In this document: positions 28,582 to 36,876 of the stretch, piece by piece
Position numbering within the stretch: the first letter of the stretch is position 1
How the letters are laid out: every line of letters begins with the position of its first letter
Source of the DNA: Elusimicrobiota bacterium
GTDB taxonomy: Bacteria; Elusimicrobiota; Elusimicrobia; UBA1565
Length of the DNA: 49,322 nucleotides
Direction of reading: 5' to 3'
Assembly: GCA_043819795.1 (NCBI GenBank)
Contig: JBDREN010000013.1
Coordinates: forward strand, 1-49,322
Program-made: the position numbers and the translations under genes
Notes under the pieces: generated by a model
What the model was told of the DNA's origin: nothing
Database searches by the model: none
The model's input: only the letters and a program-made list of their open reading frames with translations

Positions 28582-28800
28582 ACTGATGGCGACCGAAATA
28601 ATGTCCTGCTTCGGAGGCGCAGCCTTGCGGCGGATGCGAGGCGTGACGAGGGAGCATAGCCGCAGCTATGTGACCGAGGAGCAACGCCGCGGCCCCCCAA
28701 GGATGCGTCTCCCCGAAGGGGCCGGGCGCTTTTGGGCTGCGCCTGCGTCGCTCCAAAATCACCCCGGCCGAAGTTGGACATTATCTTGGTCGCCATCGGT
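28582..28800. mobile_element. MITE/REPIN-like element, 219 bp
   Basis: 33-bp terminal inverted repeats (28582-28614, 28768-28800; 28/33 match); internal core shared with 43871-44036. Confidence 0.75.
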
Positions 28801-28881
28801 GGGGGGGCCCTTCGGGAAATATTTGTTATACTTCGTTCGTATTAGAATCGGAGGTTTGTGCCCGCCCGGTTCTTCCACTCG

Positions 28882-29373
28882 ATGGCTGACATCTCGTCCC
28901 GGAGAAAATGGCTGTTCTGGAGCCTCATTTCAACGGTGTTCCTTTTCGCCGCGGTGCCGTCGCTGGTCCTGCTCGAGAAGGCCGAGGAATACTATCGCTT
29001 TATGACGGGTTGGGAGCCCCGCACGCTCAAGCAGATGAAGCTCAAGACCCTCCCGCACCGGCGCGAGGCCGAAGGCCACGACGAGGAGTTCCCCGCGATC
29101 GAGTTCGTGGAGTTCCGCCTGGACGCCCCCTCGGCGGAGCGGGTGGGGCTCGCCGGCGATTTCAACAGGTGGCGGCCCGAATCCCTTCCCCTCGCGCGCG
29201 AGGGAGACGGTCCCTGGACGGTCATCGTGCCTCTGCCGCCGGGGACCTACCATTACGGCTTCGATGTGGACGGCGTCTGGACGCTCGATCCCGACGCCGA
29301 GGAGACGGCGCGGCGGACGGAGCGGGAGGCCTCTGTGAAGCGCATCGCCCGGTCGCAAGAGGACGCTCCATGA
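28882..29373 (+). CDS. Membrane-anchored glycogen/starch-binding (CBM48-like early-set) protein
   Basis: VGLAGDFNRW, WTVIVPLPPGTYHYGFDVDGVWTLDP; N-terminal TM. Confidence 0.85.
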   Translation: MADISSRRKWLFWSLISTVFLFAAVPSLVLLEKAEEYYRFMTGWEPRTLKQMKLKTLPHRREAEGHDEEFPAIEFVEFRLDAPSAERVGLAGDFNRWRPESLPLAREGDGPWTVIVPLPPGTYHYGFDVDGVWTLDPDAEETARRTEREASVKRIARSQEDAP

Positions 29374-31214
29374 AGACGCATGCTCTCCTGCTGGCGGTCG
29401 TCCTGACGGTCTCCTGGGCGGGATTCCCCCCCGCGGCCGCCGGCTTCTGGGGGTGGCCCTCCGAAGAGGCTTCCGGAGTCCAAAAGGCGCCCGGACGGGA
29501 AGCCCTTCTCTGGGTGCCCGACGAGGGGGCGACCGACTTCGACGAGCTTCGAACGACGCTGGAGAAATATCCCAAGGCGCGCCTGACGATCGCGCTCGCC
29601 CCCAACGAGATCCCGGAGAGCGCGCGGCCGTGGCTGGTGGAGCACGTCGGCAGCGGCCGGCTGGAGGTGGCCCTGCGCATCCCCGGCGATCCCATCCTTC
29701 CGCTGGTCCACGCGGAGCGCCCCCAAGGCGTCACCGAGCGCCTCGCGATCGGCCGGTCCCTCTACCGGGAGATCTTCGGCCGCCTCCCCGAGGGGTTCGT
29801 CCCCGGGGGCGGCGCGCTCACGCCCGCCCACGCGGAGCCCCTCGCCGAGCAGGGCTTCAAATGGACGACGGCCGGGGACGCGGCCTTCGCTCGGCCGTGG
29901 TACGCCCACGACGATCTGCGGATCGTCCCCTTCCATGTGATCGAATCCACCGGACCGGACTCGCTGCCGCCGCCCGACGACACCCCGGCCGTCGCGCTTG
30001 ACGAGGCCTCCGCGGGCATCCCCGCCGGATCGGGGACGGCTCTGTTGTCGCGCATGTTCGAGTCCGCCGGCCAGGATCGTTGGACGACGGTCGCGAGCGC
30101 CCTCGAAAGCGCCCGACCCTACGCCGTGGGGCCCGACCCGTGGCCCACGTGGAGCGGAGACCTTTCGCGATGGGACGGCGATCCCCTCCAGAGGCAGGCC
30201 TGGAGCCTCTACCGGCGCACTGCCGAGGCTTTGAAGCGCTACCAGAACTCGGGTACCGCGCAGCTCCAGACCCTGAACCGGGCCGCCACTGAGCTGCGGG
30301 CGGCGCAGGACTCCCGCTACTACCTCGTCGAAAGCCTCGAGGACCCCGCGACCGAGGGGGAGTTCCGCGGCCGCCTGCGGAAGGTCTTTAGCACCATCCG
30401 CCAGCTGGTCCCGAAGGTCCTTCGCGTGCCGGTGGCGAAGAGCGCCCCCGGCCAGTCCCCTCCGGAAACCGAGCCCGGCGAGCAAGGCCCAGCCGAGCCG
30501 GAAGCCCCGGGAGAGGGCGAGGACTACGGCCGCGTGAGCAGCAGCGCGGAGGGCGCGACCCTCAGCTTCGAGAATCCCGAAGGCTCGGTCGCGTCCGTGC
30601 CCGAGCCCCTGCCCGATCTCGCCGACGGCACGACGGCTCAGGACCTGTGGACGCCCCGCAGGCTGCGCGTGGAGTGGAACGACGAAGCCGTCGTATTCGC
30701 CGTCGCCATGGCCCGTCTCGAGCCCTCCGACGAGGCGCCCAACGGCTTCTCGCGGCTCCTGCTCGACCTCTACATGGACCTCAACCGCCTCGCCGGACGC
30801 GGGTCCACGAAGCTTCTGCCGGGGCGCAAGGGGTACATCCGCTCCCGCGACGCGTGGGAGTTCGCCCTCGTGCTCAACGGCTGGAGCGCCGGCCTCTACC
30901 GCTCGGTCCCCGGACACCCCCCGGTCCTGGCGGAACGCCTGGAGCCGGAGGCGGACCTGGAGCTCGGCGAGATCCGGGTCTCGGTCCCCAGGACCCGGCT
31001 GCGAGGCAGCCCGTCCACCTGGGGCTACCTGCTGGCGGCGATGGCCACGGACCAGGACCTCGCGCGGGAAGTCCTCCCGCGTCCGCTCGACGCGGGGGAG
31101 GGAAACCCGGTCCTTGGCCTGCTTGGATCCCTGGAAGACCAGGCCCGGCTGACGCGTCGCGGCCCGCCCGCGTACCGCAGGTTCTCCGCCCTCCGCCTCA
31201 AGCCCCTTCAGTAA
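29370..31214 (+). CDS. Secreted degenerate GH57-like + glucodextranase DOMON-like (amylopullulanase-type) protein
   Basis: PILPL, YREIFGRLPEG, GFKW, DLSRWDGDP..QAW; C-terminal PNGFS..LDLYMD..GSTKLLPGR..WEFALVLNGW. Confidence 0.7.
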   Translation: MKTHALLLAVVLTVSWAGFPPAAAGFWGWPSEEASGVQKAPGREALLWVPDEGATDFDELRTTLEKYPKARLTIALAPNEIPESARPWLVEHVGSGRLEVALRIPGDPILPLVHAERPQGVTERLAIGRSLYREIFGRLPEGFVPGGGALTPAHAEPLAEQGFKWTTAGDAAFARPWYAHDDLRIVPFHVIESTGPDSLPPPDDTPAVALDEASAGIPAGSGTALLSRMFESAGQDRWTTVASALESARPYAVGPDPWPTWSGDLSRWDGDPLQRQAWSLYRRTAEALKRYQNSGTAQLQTLNRAATELRAAQDSRYYLVESLEDPATEGEFRGRLRKVFSTIRQLVPKVLRVPVAKSAPGQSPPETEPGEQGPAEPEAPGEGEDYGRVSSSAEGATLSFENPEGSVASVPEPLPDLADGTTAQDLWTPRRLRVEWNDEAVVFAVAMARLEPSDEAPNGFSRLLLDLYMDLNRLAGRGSTKLLPGRKGYIRSRDAWEFALVLNGWSAGLYRSVPGHPPVLAERLEPEADLELGEIRVSVPRTRLRGSPSTWGYLLAAMATDQDLAREVLPRPLDAGEGNPVLGLLGSLEDQARLTRRGPPAYRRFSALRLKPLQ

Positions 31215-31352
31215 GCGCCGGAAGTCCCGAAGAGACCTTCCGGTCGCTTGCGCCCTGGGTTATCAGGAATGACGCGCCCCCCGGAGGGGGGCGGAGCCCT
31301 CGATCAAACGGCGGCTTAAGCGCCGCGAGCGCTTCGCGCCCGCGACGCTGGC

Positions 31353-32717
31353 TCAGGGTTCGTACGTAATGCGCCGGATGATGGCCATGTTGTTCCCGCG
31401 CACGTCCGACGCTTCGATGCGGAAGTTATTCTCGCCGCGCTTGAGCAGCACCTCGCGGCTGAAGTTCCCGTCCTCGTCGAGAGGCACCCGGTCGAAGTTG
31501 AGGAGCACCGTCAGGCCCCGATCCGCCCGCCCCATGATGCGGAAGCGCGAGCTGCGCACCCGCGTCTGTTCCTCATCGGGGCGGAAGACCTCCAGGCTCC
31601 CCTGGAAGGAGATCGTCTCGAACTCCTCCTGGCCTTTCTTGTAGGGCTTCGCCGCCGAGTACTGGCCCCTCTCGCCGAGCAGGTCGATGGCGGCGACCCG
31701 TATCCAGTAGTCACCGTCGGCCAGGTTGGCCCGCCTAAGGTCCATGGGCTGGTAGGCGTCGAACTTGTCCTCGAAGACGACGCGTTGGAAGGCTCGGTCC
31801 CGGGCGATCTGCAGCTGGAAGGCCGCCACGGGGATGCCGACGGAGACCGACTCCAGCTGCCCGGCCAGCGAGCCCCCGGGAACCCGCGCCCCCCCCGATC
31901 CGAACTGCCGCACCTTCACGATCGAATCGCCCGCGCCCGGGGCGAAGTCCGCGATCTCGGCCTTGAGCGCCGCGTCTACCTTCGGGATCGTCACCGGGAC
32001 CGACGGCGCCTCGTCGAGCGGCACGTCGGTGTAGTAGCCGGCCGGAACCTCGACGGTCTTGGCGCCCTTGAGGTCCTGGACGTCGGCCGCTCCTTTGTAG
32101 ACCTGGACGCGTGTGCTGAGGTCATCGAGGACCCGCGCCGTGTACTTCGTGTCGCGGTCCTTCGGGATGACGCGGGCCGACGGCGTGACGACGCGGGACA
32201 CGGTCGCGTGGATGACGCCGCGCTTCAGGAACAGGTCGTGGTCGGCCATCCTGGGAGCCTTCAGGATCGCCATCGAGTTGGGGTCCAGGATCAGCACCGA
32301 CCCCCCGAAGAACTTGACCCGCGCCCAGGAGCGATCGCGCGTTCGCAGGCCGTCGCCGTCGAAGATGTCCATCCCCTGGTCCGCGGAGTCCCAGCTGGGA
32401 GTATTCTTCTTCCGGTGCAGGACCTTCCGCCTCACCTCGACGAGCGTCGCGGCGCGGAGCTGCTCCTTGATCAGGGATTTCGGGACCTTCAGCGTCATCC
32501 CCGGCAGCGCGATAGTCGGGTCCGAGGTCGGCAGCTTGTTGTAGCGGAGGATCATGTTCCACCGCTTAGGGTCCTTCAGGTACCTTTGCGAGATGCTCCA
32601 GAGGGTGTCGCCGGGGCGCACGGTCACGTCCTGCAACTCGTCCTGCGCGCGGAGGCCGCCCGGGGAGGAGACCGCCAGCAGCCCGGCCAGCGCGAGAACG
32701 GCCGCTTTACATGTCAT
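31353..32717 (-). CDS. LysM + FecR + Ig-like domain secreted protein
   Basis: VRPGDTLWSISQRYL..W; GDGLRT..SWARVKF; C-terminal DGNFSREVLLKRGENNF. Confidence 0.85.
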   Translation of the reverse strand: MTCKAAVLALAGLLAVSSPGGLRAQDELQDVTVRPGDTLWSISQRYLKDPKRWNMILRYNKLPTSDPTIALPGMTLKVPKSLIKEQLRAATLVEVRRKVLHRKKNTPSWDSADQGMDIFDGDGLRTRDRSWARVKFFGGSVLILDPNSMAILKAPRMADHDLFLKRGVIHATVSRVVTPSARVIPKDRDTKYTARVLDDLSTRVQVYKGAADVQDLKGAKTVEVPAGYYTDVPLDEAPSVPVTIPKVDAALKAEIADFAPGAGDSIVKVRQFGSGGARVPGGSLAGQLESVSVGIPVAAFQLQIARDRAFQRVVFEDKFDAYQPMDLRRANLADGDYWIRVAAIDLLGERGQYSAAKPYKKGQEEFETISFQGSLEVFRPDEEQTRVRSSRFRIMGRADRGLTVLLNFDRVPLDEDGNFSREVLLKRGENNFRIEASDVRGNNMAIIRRITYEP

Positions 32718-34878
32718 CGGGCACGGTGGAGCCGACGACAGCGTCCCCCTGCTCGTTTAGCACCAGGCCCTTGGGGAGCGTGAAGTAGAACTGGGCCCCC
32801 TTGCCTAGCTCGGACTCCACCCAGATGCGTCCGCAATGAGCCTCGACGAAACGCTTGGAGATCGTAAGGCCGAGGCCGGTCCCGCCGCGCATCTGGCCCG
32901 GGACCTGCTCGAACTTCCCGAAGATCTTGACGATGTGGGCCGGAGGGATGCCCGGGCCGTTGTCGCGGACGCAGACCTGCAGCGCGTGCCCCCTGTCTTC
33001 GATGCGGACGTCGATGCGGCTGTCATCGGGCGAGTACTTGATGGCGTTGGCGACCAGATTCGTGATCACCCGCTCGAGCTGGCTCGCGTCGCACGAGACC
33101 ATATGCTCCTCTTCGGTATCGAGCTCTATCGCGATGCCGCGCCGCTGCGCCAGCGAGGCGAGGACCTCGATGGAGTGGCTGGCCAGCCCGGCGAGGGAGG
33201 CCTCCTTGAGGGTCACCTCGAGCCGCTGCGTTTCCATCTTCGCGACGTCGAGGATGTTGTTGACCATCGTCATCAGGCGGTTGGCCGACTTGAGCATCGA
33301 CTCGACCATGCCCTTCTGCTGCGGGTTGAGCACGCCCACGGCGCCCTTGCGCAAAAACTCCAGGAAGCCCAGGATCGAGCCGAGCGGGTTGCGCAGGTCG
33401 TGGGTGATCGAGTGGAGGAACTCCTCCTTCATCTTGTCGAGCTCTTTCTCGAAAGTGACGTCGTGCAGGGCCGTGACCACGCCGAGCACGTTATTCTTCG
33501 CCGGGGAGACCAGCACCCGGGACGCGATCCTCAAGAACAGCCGCCGCTCGTCGGTCGAGAGGTTCACCTCCTTGATGACCTGCTCCTCCGGATGGGCGAC
33601 CACGTCCAGGATGGCGGTGCCCAGCTCGGTGTCCCGCGGTATGACCTCATCGAGCGACCGCCCCTCCAAAGGCTCGCCCTCCATGTGCAGGATCGCCTTC
33701 GTCTTGCGGTTCGCGAGCTGGATGACGCCGTCGTTGTCGGTCATCAGCACGCCGTCGCCGATCGAGAAGAGGATGGCCTCGGTCTTCTTCTGCTCGAGGA
33801 TCATCCGGTCCACCTGGAGCTCGGCGTAATTGCGCAGGCGCGAGACCATGCGGTTGAAGGTGTCGGCGAACTGCTGGAGCTCGTCGCCGGTGCGGATGCG
33901 GACCTCCTCGGGGAAGTCCCCGCGAGCCACGTCCTCGGCGCAGCGGGTGAGATCCAGGAGCGGGCGAGTGAGGTTGCGCGCCATCGTCAGCGCGATGGCG
34001 ATCGCCGCGAGACATACGAGCAAGATTATGACGATAGCCGTGCGCTTCATCTCCGACGCCGCGAGGTACGCCTCGTCCGCGGGCTGCTGGATGACGACGG
34101 CGGCTGAGATCTGGGGCACCGGCGCGTAGGCGCCCACCTGCCTCCTCCCCCGGGAGTCGGTGTACTCGCTGGAGCCGACCGACTGCGCGCCGAGGGCCGC
34201 GGTGACGATGGGCCATTCGAGCAGGTTGCTCCGGTCCTCGGCGGAGAGGCGCTCCGGGGGATAGAGGAACGGCAGGCCCCCCGAGCCCACCAGCATCGCG
34301 AAGCCGGTCCCGCCGACCCGCTCGGCCGCGATCGAGTCCCAGAGCGTCTGCAGGACGACCGCGACGCGGATGTCGGTGACGTCCGAGAGGGGGTAGTAGA
34401 TCTCGAGCCGCGGGACGGCGCCCTCGCGCGGCGTGATCCACAAGGTCCGCGTCCGGGTCTTCGCGAACTCGAGATACCCGGGGTGCCGGGCGTGCGAGGT
34501 GTACTCCTCGCGCTCGACGAGCCTCGGGTTGTAGACCTTCATAAGCTCGCCGCCGCTGCGCAAGATCGAGATCTCCTGCAGATCGGTATGGCTCTCGATG
34601 AGGCTGCGCAGAAGCTCCTGGCGTGTCGACCAGTCGAGGCCGGGGCGCTTGAGGGCGAGGACGGCGAAGCGGATCTTGTCGTCCATGTTCTCGAGATAGA
34701 TCGAGATCGACTGCGCCGTCTTCTCGGCGAGCTTGGTGTGCAGCTCGAGGACGGAGGCCTGGATCCCCGACCGGCTGATGCGCAGGAGCTGCACACCCAT
34801 GAATACGGAGGGGGCGAGAGCCAGCACCAGCATGGCGAGGATGAAACGCTGGAACAGGCCCGATGAGAACCACTTCAT
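32707..34878 (-). CDS. Sensor histidine kinase (Cache-HAMP-PAS-HisKA-HATPase)
   Basis: THDLRNPL, NLVANAIKY, DNGPGI, GTGLGL, HAMP GDELQQFADTFN. Confidence 0.92.
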   Translation of the reverse strand: MKWFSSGLFQRFILAMLVLALAPSVFMGVQLLRISRSGIQASVLELHTKLAEKTAQSISIYLENMDDKIRFAVLALKRPGLDWSTRQELLRSLIESHTDLQEISILRSGGELMKVYNPRLVEREEYTSHARHPGYLEFAKTRTRTLWITPREGAVPRLEIYYPLSDVTDIRVAVVLQTLWDSIAAERVGGTGFAMLVGSGGLPFLYPPERLSAEDRSNLLEWPIVTAALGAQSVGSSEYTDSRGRRQVGAYAPVPQISAAVVIQQPADEAYLAASEMKRTAIVIILLVCLAAIAIALTMARNLTRPLLDLTRCAEDVARGDFPEEVRIRTGDELQQFADTFNRMVSRLRNYAELQVDRMILEQKKTEAILFSIGDGVLMTDNDGVIQLANRKTKAILHMEGEPLEGRSLDEVIPRDTELGTAILDVVAHPEEQVIKEVNLSTDERRLFLRIASRVLVSPAKNNVLGVVTALHDVTFEKELDKMKEEFLHSITHDLRNPLGSILGFLEFLRKGAVGVLNPQQKGMVESMLKSANRLMTMVNNILDVAKMETQRLEVTLKEASLAGLASHSIEVLASLAQRRGIAIELDTEEEHMVSCDASQLERVITNLVANAIKYSPDDSRIDVRIEDRGHALQVCVRDNGPGIPPAHIVKIFGKFEQVPGQMRGGTGLGLTISKRFVEAHCGRIWVESELGKGAQFYFTLPKGLVLNEQGDAVVGSTVPDDM

Positions 34879-34915
34879 GGTGTATGTCCCCGTTCGACGA
34901 AAGGGGCTCCTCCTA

Positions 34916-34944
34916 AGGATAGGGCATGAACGCCAACTTGTCAA
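34916..34944 (-). promoter_or_regulatory. sigma70-type promoter for the kinase operon
   Basis: On the minus strand TTGACA (34944-34939), 17 nt, TATCCT (34921-34916). Confidence 0.6.
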
Positions 34945-35081
34945 GGAAAATGAGGATATTTCCGGGATGCGGCCCGCCCCCCCGCCTTTTGGCCCGCCCG
35001 GCTCCCCGGTGGACGACATAGGACCTTTGGCCCTGTTTCTTACCCGAAAGTCCCATTATCCTATCGGCAGAGGGTAGTGGA

Positions 35082-36686
35082 ATGCATCCGCTAAGAATCC
35101 GCAGATCCGCGCGCCGCAAACGGGGTGAGCGAAAGGGCTCCGGGACCTGGGCTCCGGGTACCGGCGTGAAGGCCGGCCGCCTGGTCTCGGGGACCGGCCC
35201 CGGCGGCGGTTCCGCCGGCGCGAGCATCGGTTCCGGCGTCGACTCCGTGCTCGGGTCGGCGTCCGGCGGCGCGCTGCACGCCCCCGGGCTCTGGGGCTCG
35301 GTCATAAGCTTCGTTTCCAGGGCCACGGGCATGAGCGTTGTCACGGCTTCCAAGGCGGGGATCGTCGCCCTGACCCTCGCCGCCACCACGGTCGCCGCGG
35401 GAATGACCCTATGGTGGGGCGGCTCCCAGCCGTCGGCCCCCATGACCGGCTCCGGCCTCGGCAGGACGGTATTCCCCAAGAACGACGCCGCCGGGAACGG
35501 AGCCGCGGCGCTCGGGAAGCAGACACTCGCCCCCGACGCGTCGTCCCTCGATTATCTCAAAGAGGCCAATCCCGGCGAGGCGCGGGACGCCGTCGAGGAC
35601 AAAGGGGACGCTCAGGAAGACAACAAGGAGTGGGCCGAGGTCCTGGAGAAAGTCGAGGCCAAGGCGGAGGCCAAGACCGCCCGGGCGCCGGCGGGCCCGC
35701 GGCCCAAGCTCGTTCCCGGCCAGCCTTTCTCCGCGCGCGGCGCGACGGGCGGCATGCAGGTGGCGCTCAAGCCCGTTCCCGGCCTGACCGACAAGGTCGG
35801 CAACGGGTTCCAGGAGATCTACCATCAGCCGAAGGCCGACGCGTTCGACAAGGCCCAATACCGGGCCCGCCAGGGAGCCAAGCGCCGCAGGCCGCTAGTG
35901 GCCGGCGGCAAGAGCGCGATGGAACAGGCCCGGTTCGCCAACCGGATGAGCCGCCAGGGCGCCCGCATGGGCCAGGCGGACTCCGCGGCGACCGCGGCCT
36001 CCACCCCCTTCGACGGGGGCAACGCCGGCTCCGAGTCGCTCGGCGCCACGAGCCCGGGCGGCGCCCACACGCAGGGCGCCGGGATCACGTCGGGGCCCAG
36101 CGGCGTGCTCGACCAAAAATCCATCGAAGAGCCCCCGCCGCCCGAGGAGGTCCAGGAGGCGGAGAACAAGACCCCCTACCAGAACCTGATATACGCGGGC
36201 ATGGGGGCCCTCGCCATCGGGGCGCTGCTGCTGATGATCGCCGGCCAGCTCGTATCGAAGGCGAGGAGCACCCCGGGCCCTCAGGCCGCCGCCCTGCTCT
36301 CCTAGGCCCAGCTCGCGGCCGCGGCCGCGATGGCGGCCGGCGCCGCCGCGGCGGCGATCGGAGCCATGCTCGCCGGCAAGTACGGCCAGATGACTCAGGG
36401 CATACCGTACATCCTGGGCGGCGGCGTCATCGGGGTCCAGGCCGCCATGGTCCTGATGAAGGCCGATCAGGCCGGCAAGGACGCCGAGGAGGGGATCGAG
36501 AACGCCGGACAGACGGCGCTCGACGATACCGCGGCCAACCTCGAGACCGACGGGGTCGGGGACAATATCGCGAAACCGTCCACCGACGGCGGCGGGTTCG
36601 AGCCGAAGCCGCCGACCAACTTCGGCAAAGGCAGCCCGAATCCGGCCGACAGAACCGGCAAAAGGAAGTTCAGTCCCCGCAAGTAG
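35082..36686 (+). pseudogene. Gly/Ala-rich membrane protein interrupted by one in-frame TAG (36303-36305)
   Basis: ORFs 35082..36305 and 36330..36686 share one frame; AAALLS*AQLAAAAAMAAG reads as one continuous helix; no SD before 36330. Confidence 0.7.
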
Positions 36687-36699
36687 CACGCGGTGCGTA

Positions 36700-36795
36700 C
36701 GGTGTCAGGCTATGACTTTCATGACTTCTTTGAGTAGGCGGGGGGCAGAGAAATCCTGTTAGTCAAGAAGTCATGAAAGTCATAGCCTGACACCG
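36700..36795. repeat. Perfect 31-bp inverted repeat with 34-bp spacer (REP/REPIN-like)
   Basis: CGGTGTCAGGCTATGACTTTCATGACTTCTT (36700-36730) and its exact reverse complement (36765-36795). Confidence 0.9.
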
Positions 36796-36814
36796 AATCA
36801 GCGGCCATCAGCAA

Positions 36815-36859
36815 ACGGCGCGGCGGGAGGTCCGATCCACGGATCTCCCGCCGCGCCGT
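36815..36859. terminator. GC-rich hairpin between convergent genes
   Basis: ACGGCGCGGCGGGAG...CTCCCGCCGCGCCGT with short A/T flanks. Confidence 0.65.
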
Positions 36860-36876
36860 ATTATATCCGGACTATA

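Noticed and set aside
28134..28796. N-terminal extension of the TPR ORF to 549 aa
   Set aside because: Runs through the CoA-binding gene and a MITE; an artefact of few stops in high-GC DNA.
36303..36305. Genome-wide TAG recoding or pyrrolysine
   Set aside because: Many intact genes here end in TAG at expected positions (e.g. GH65, RelE) and no pyl genes are in the window.
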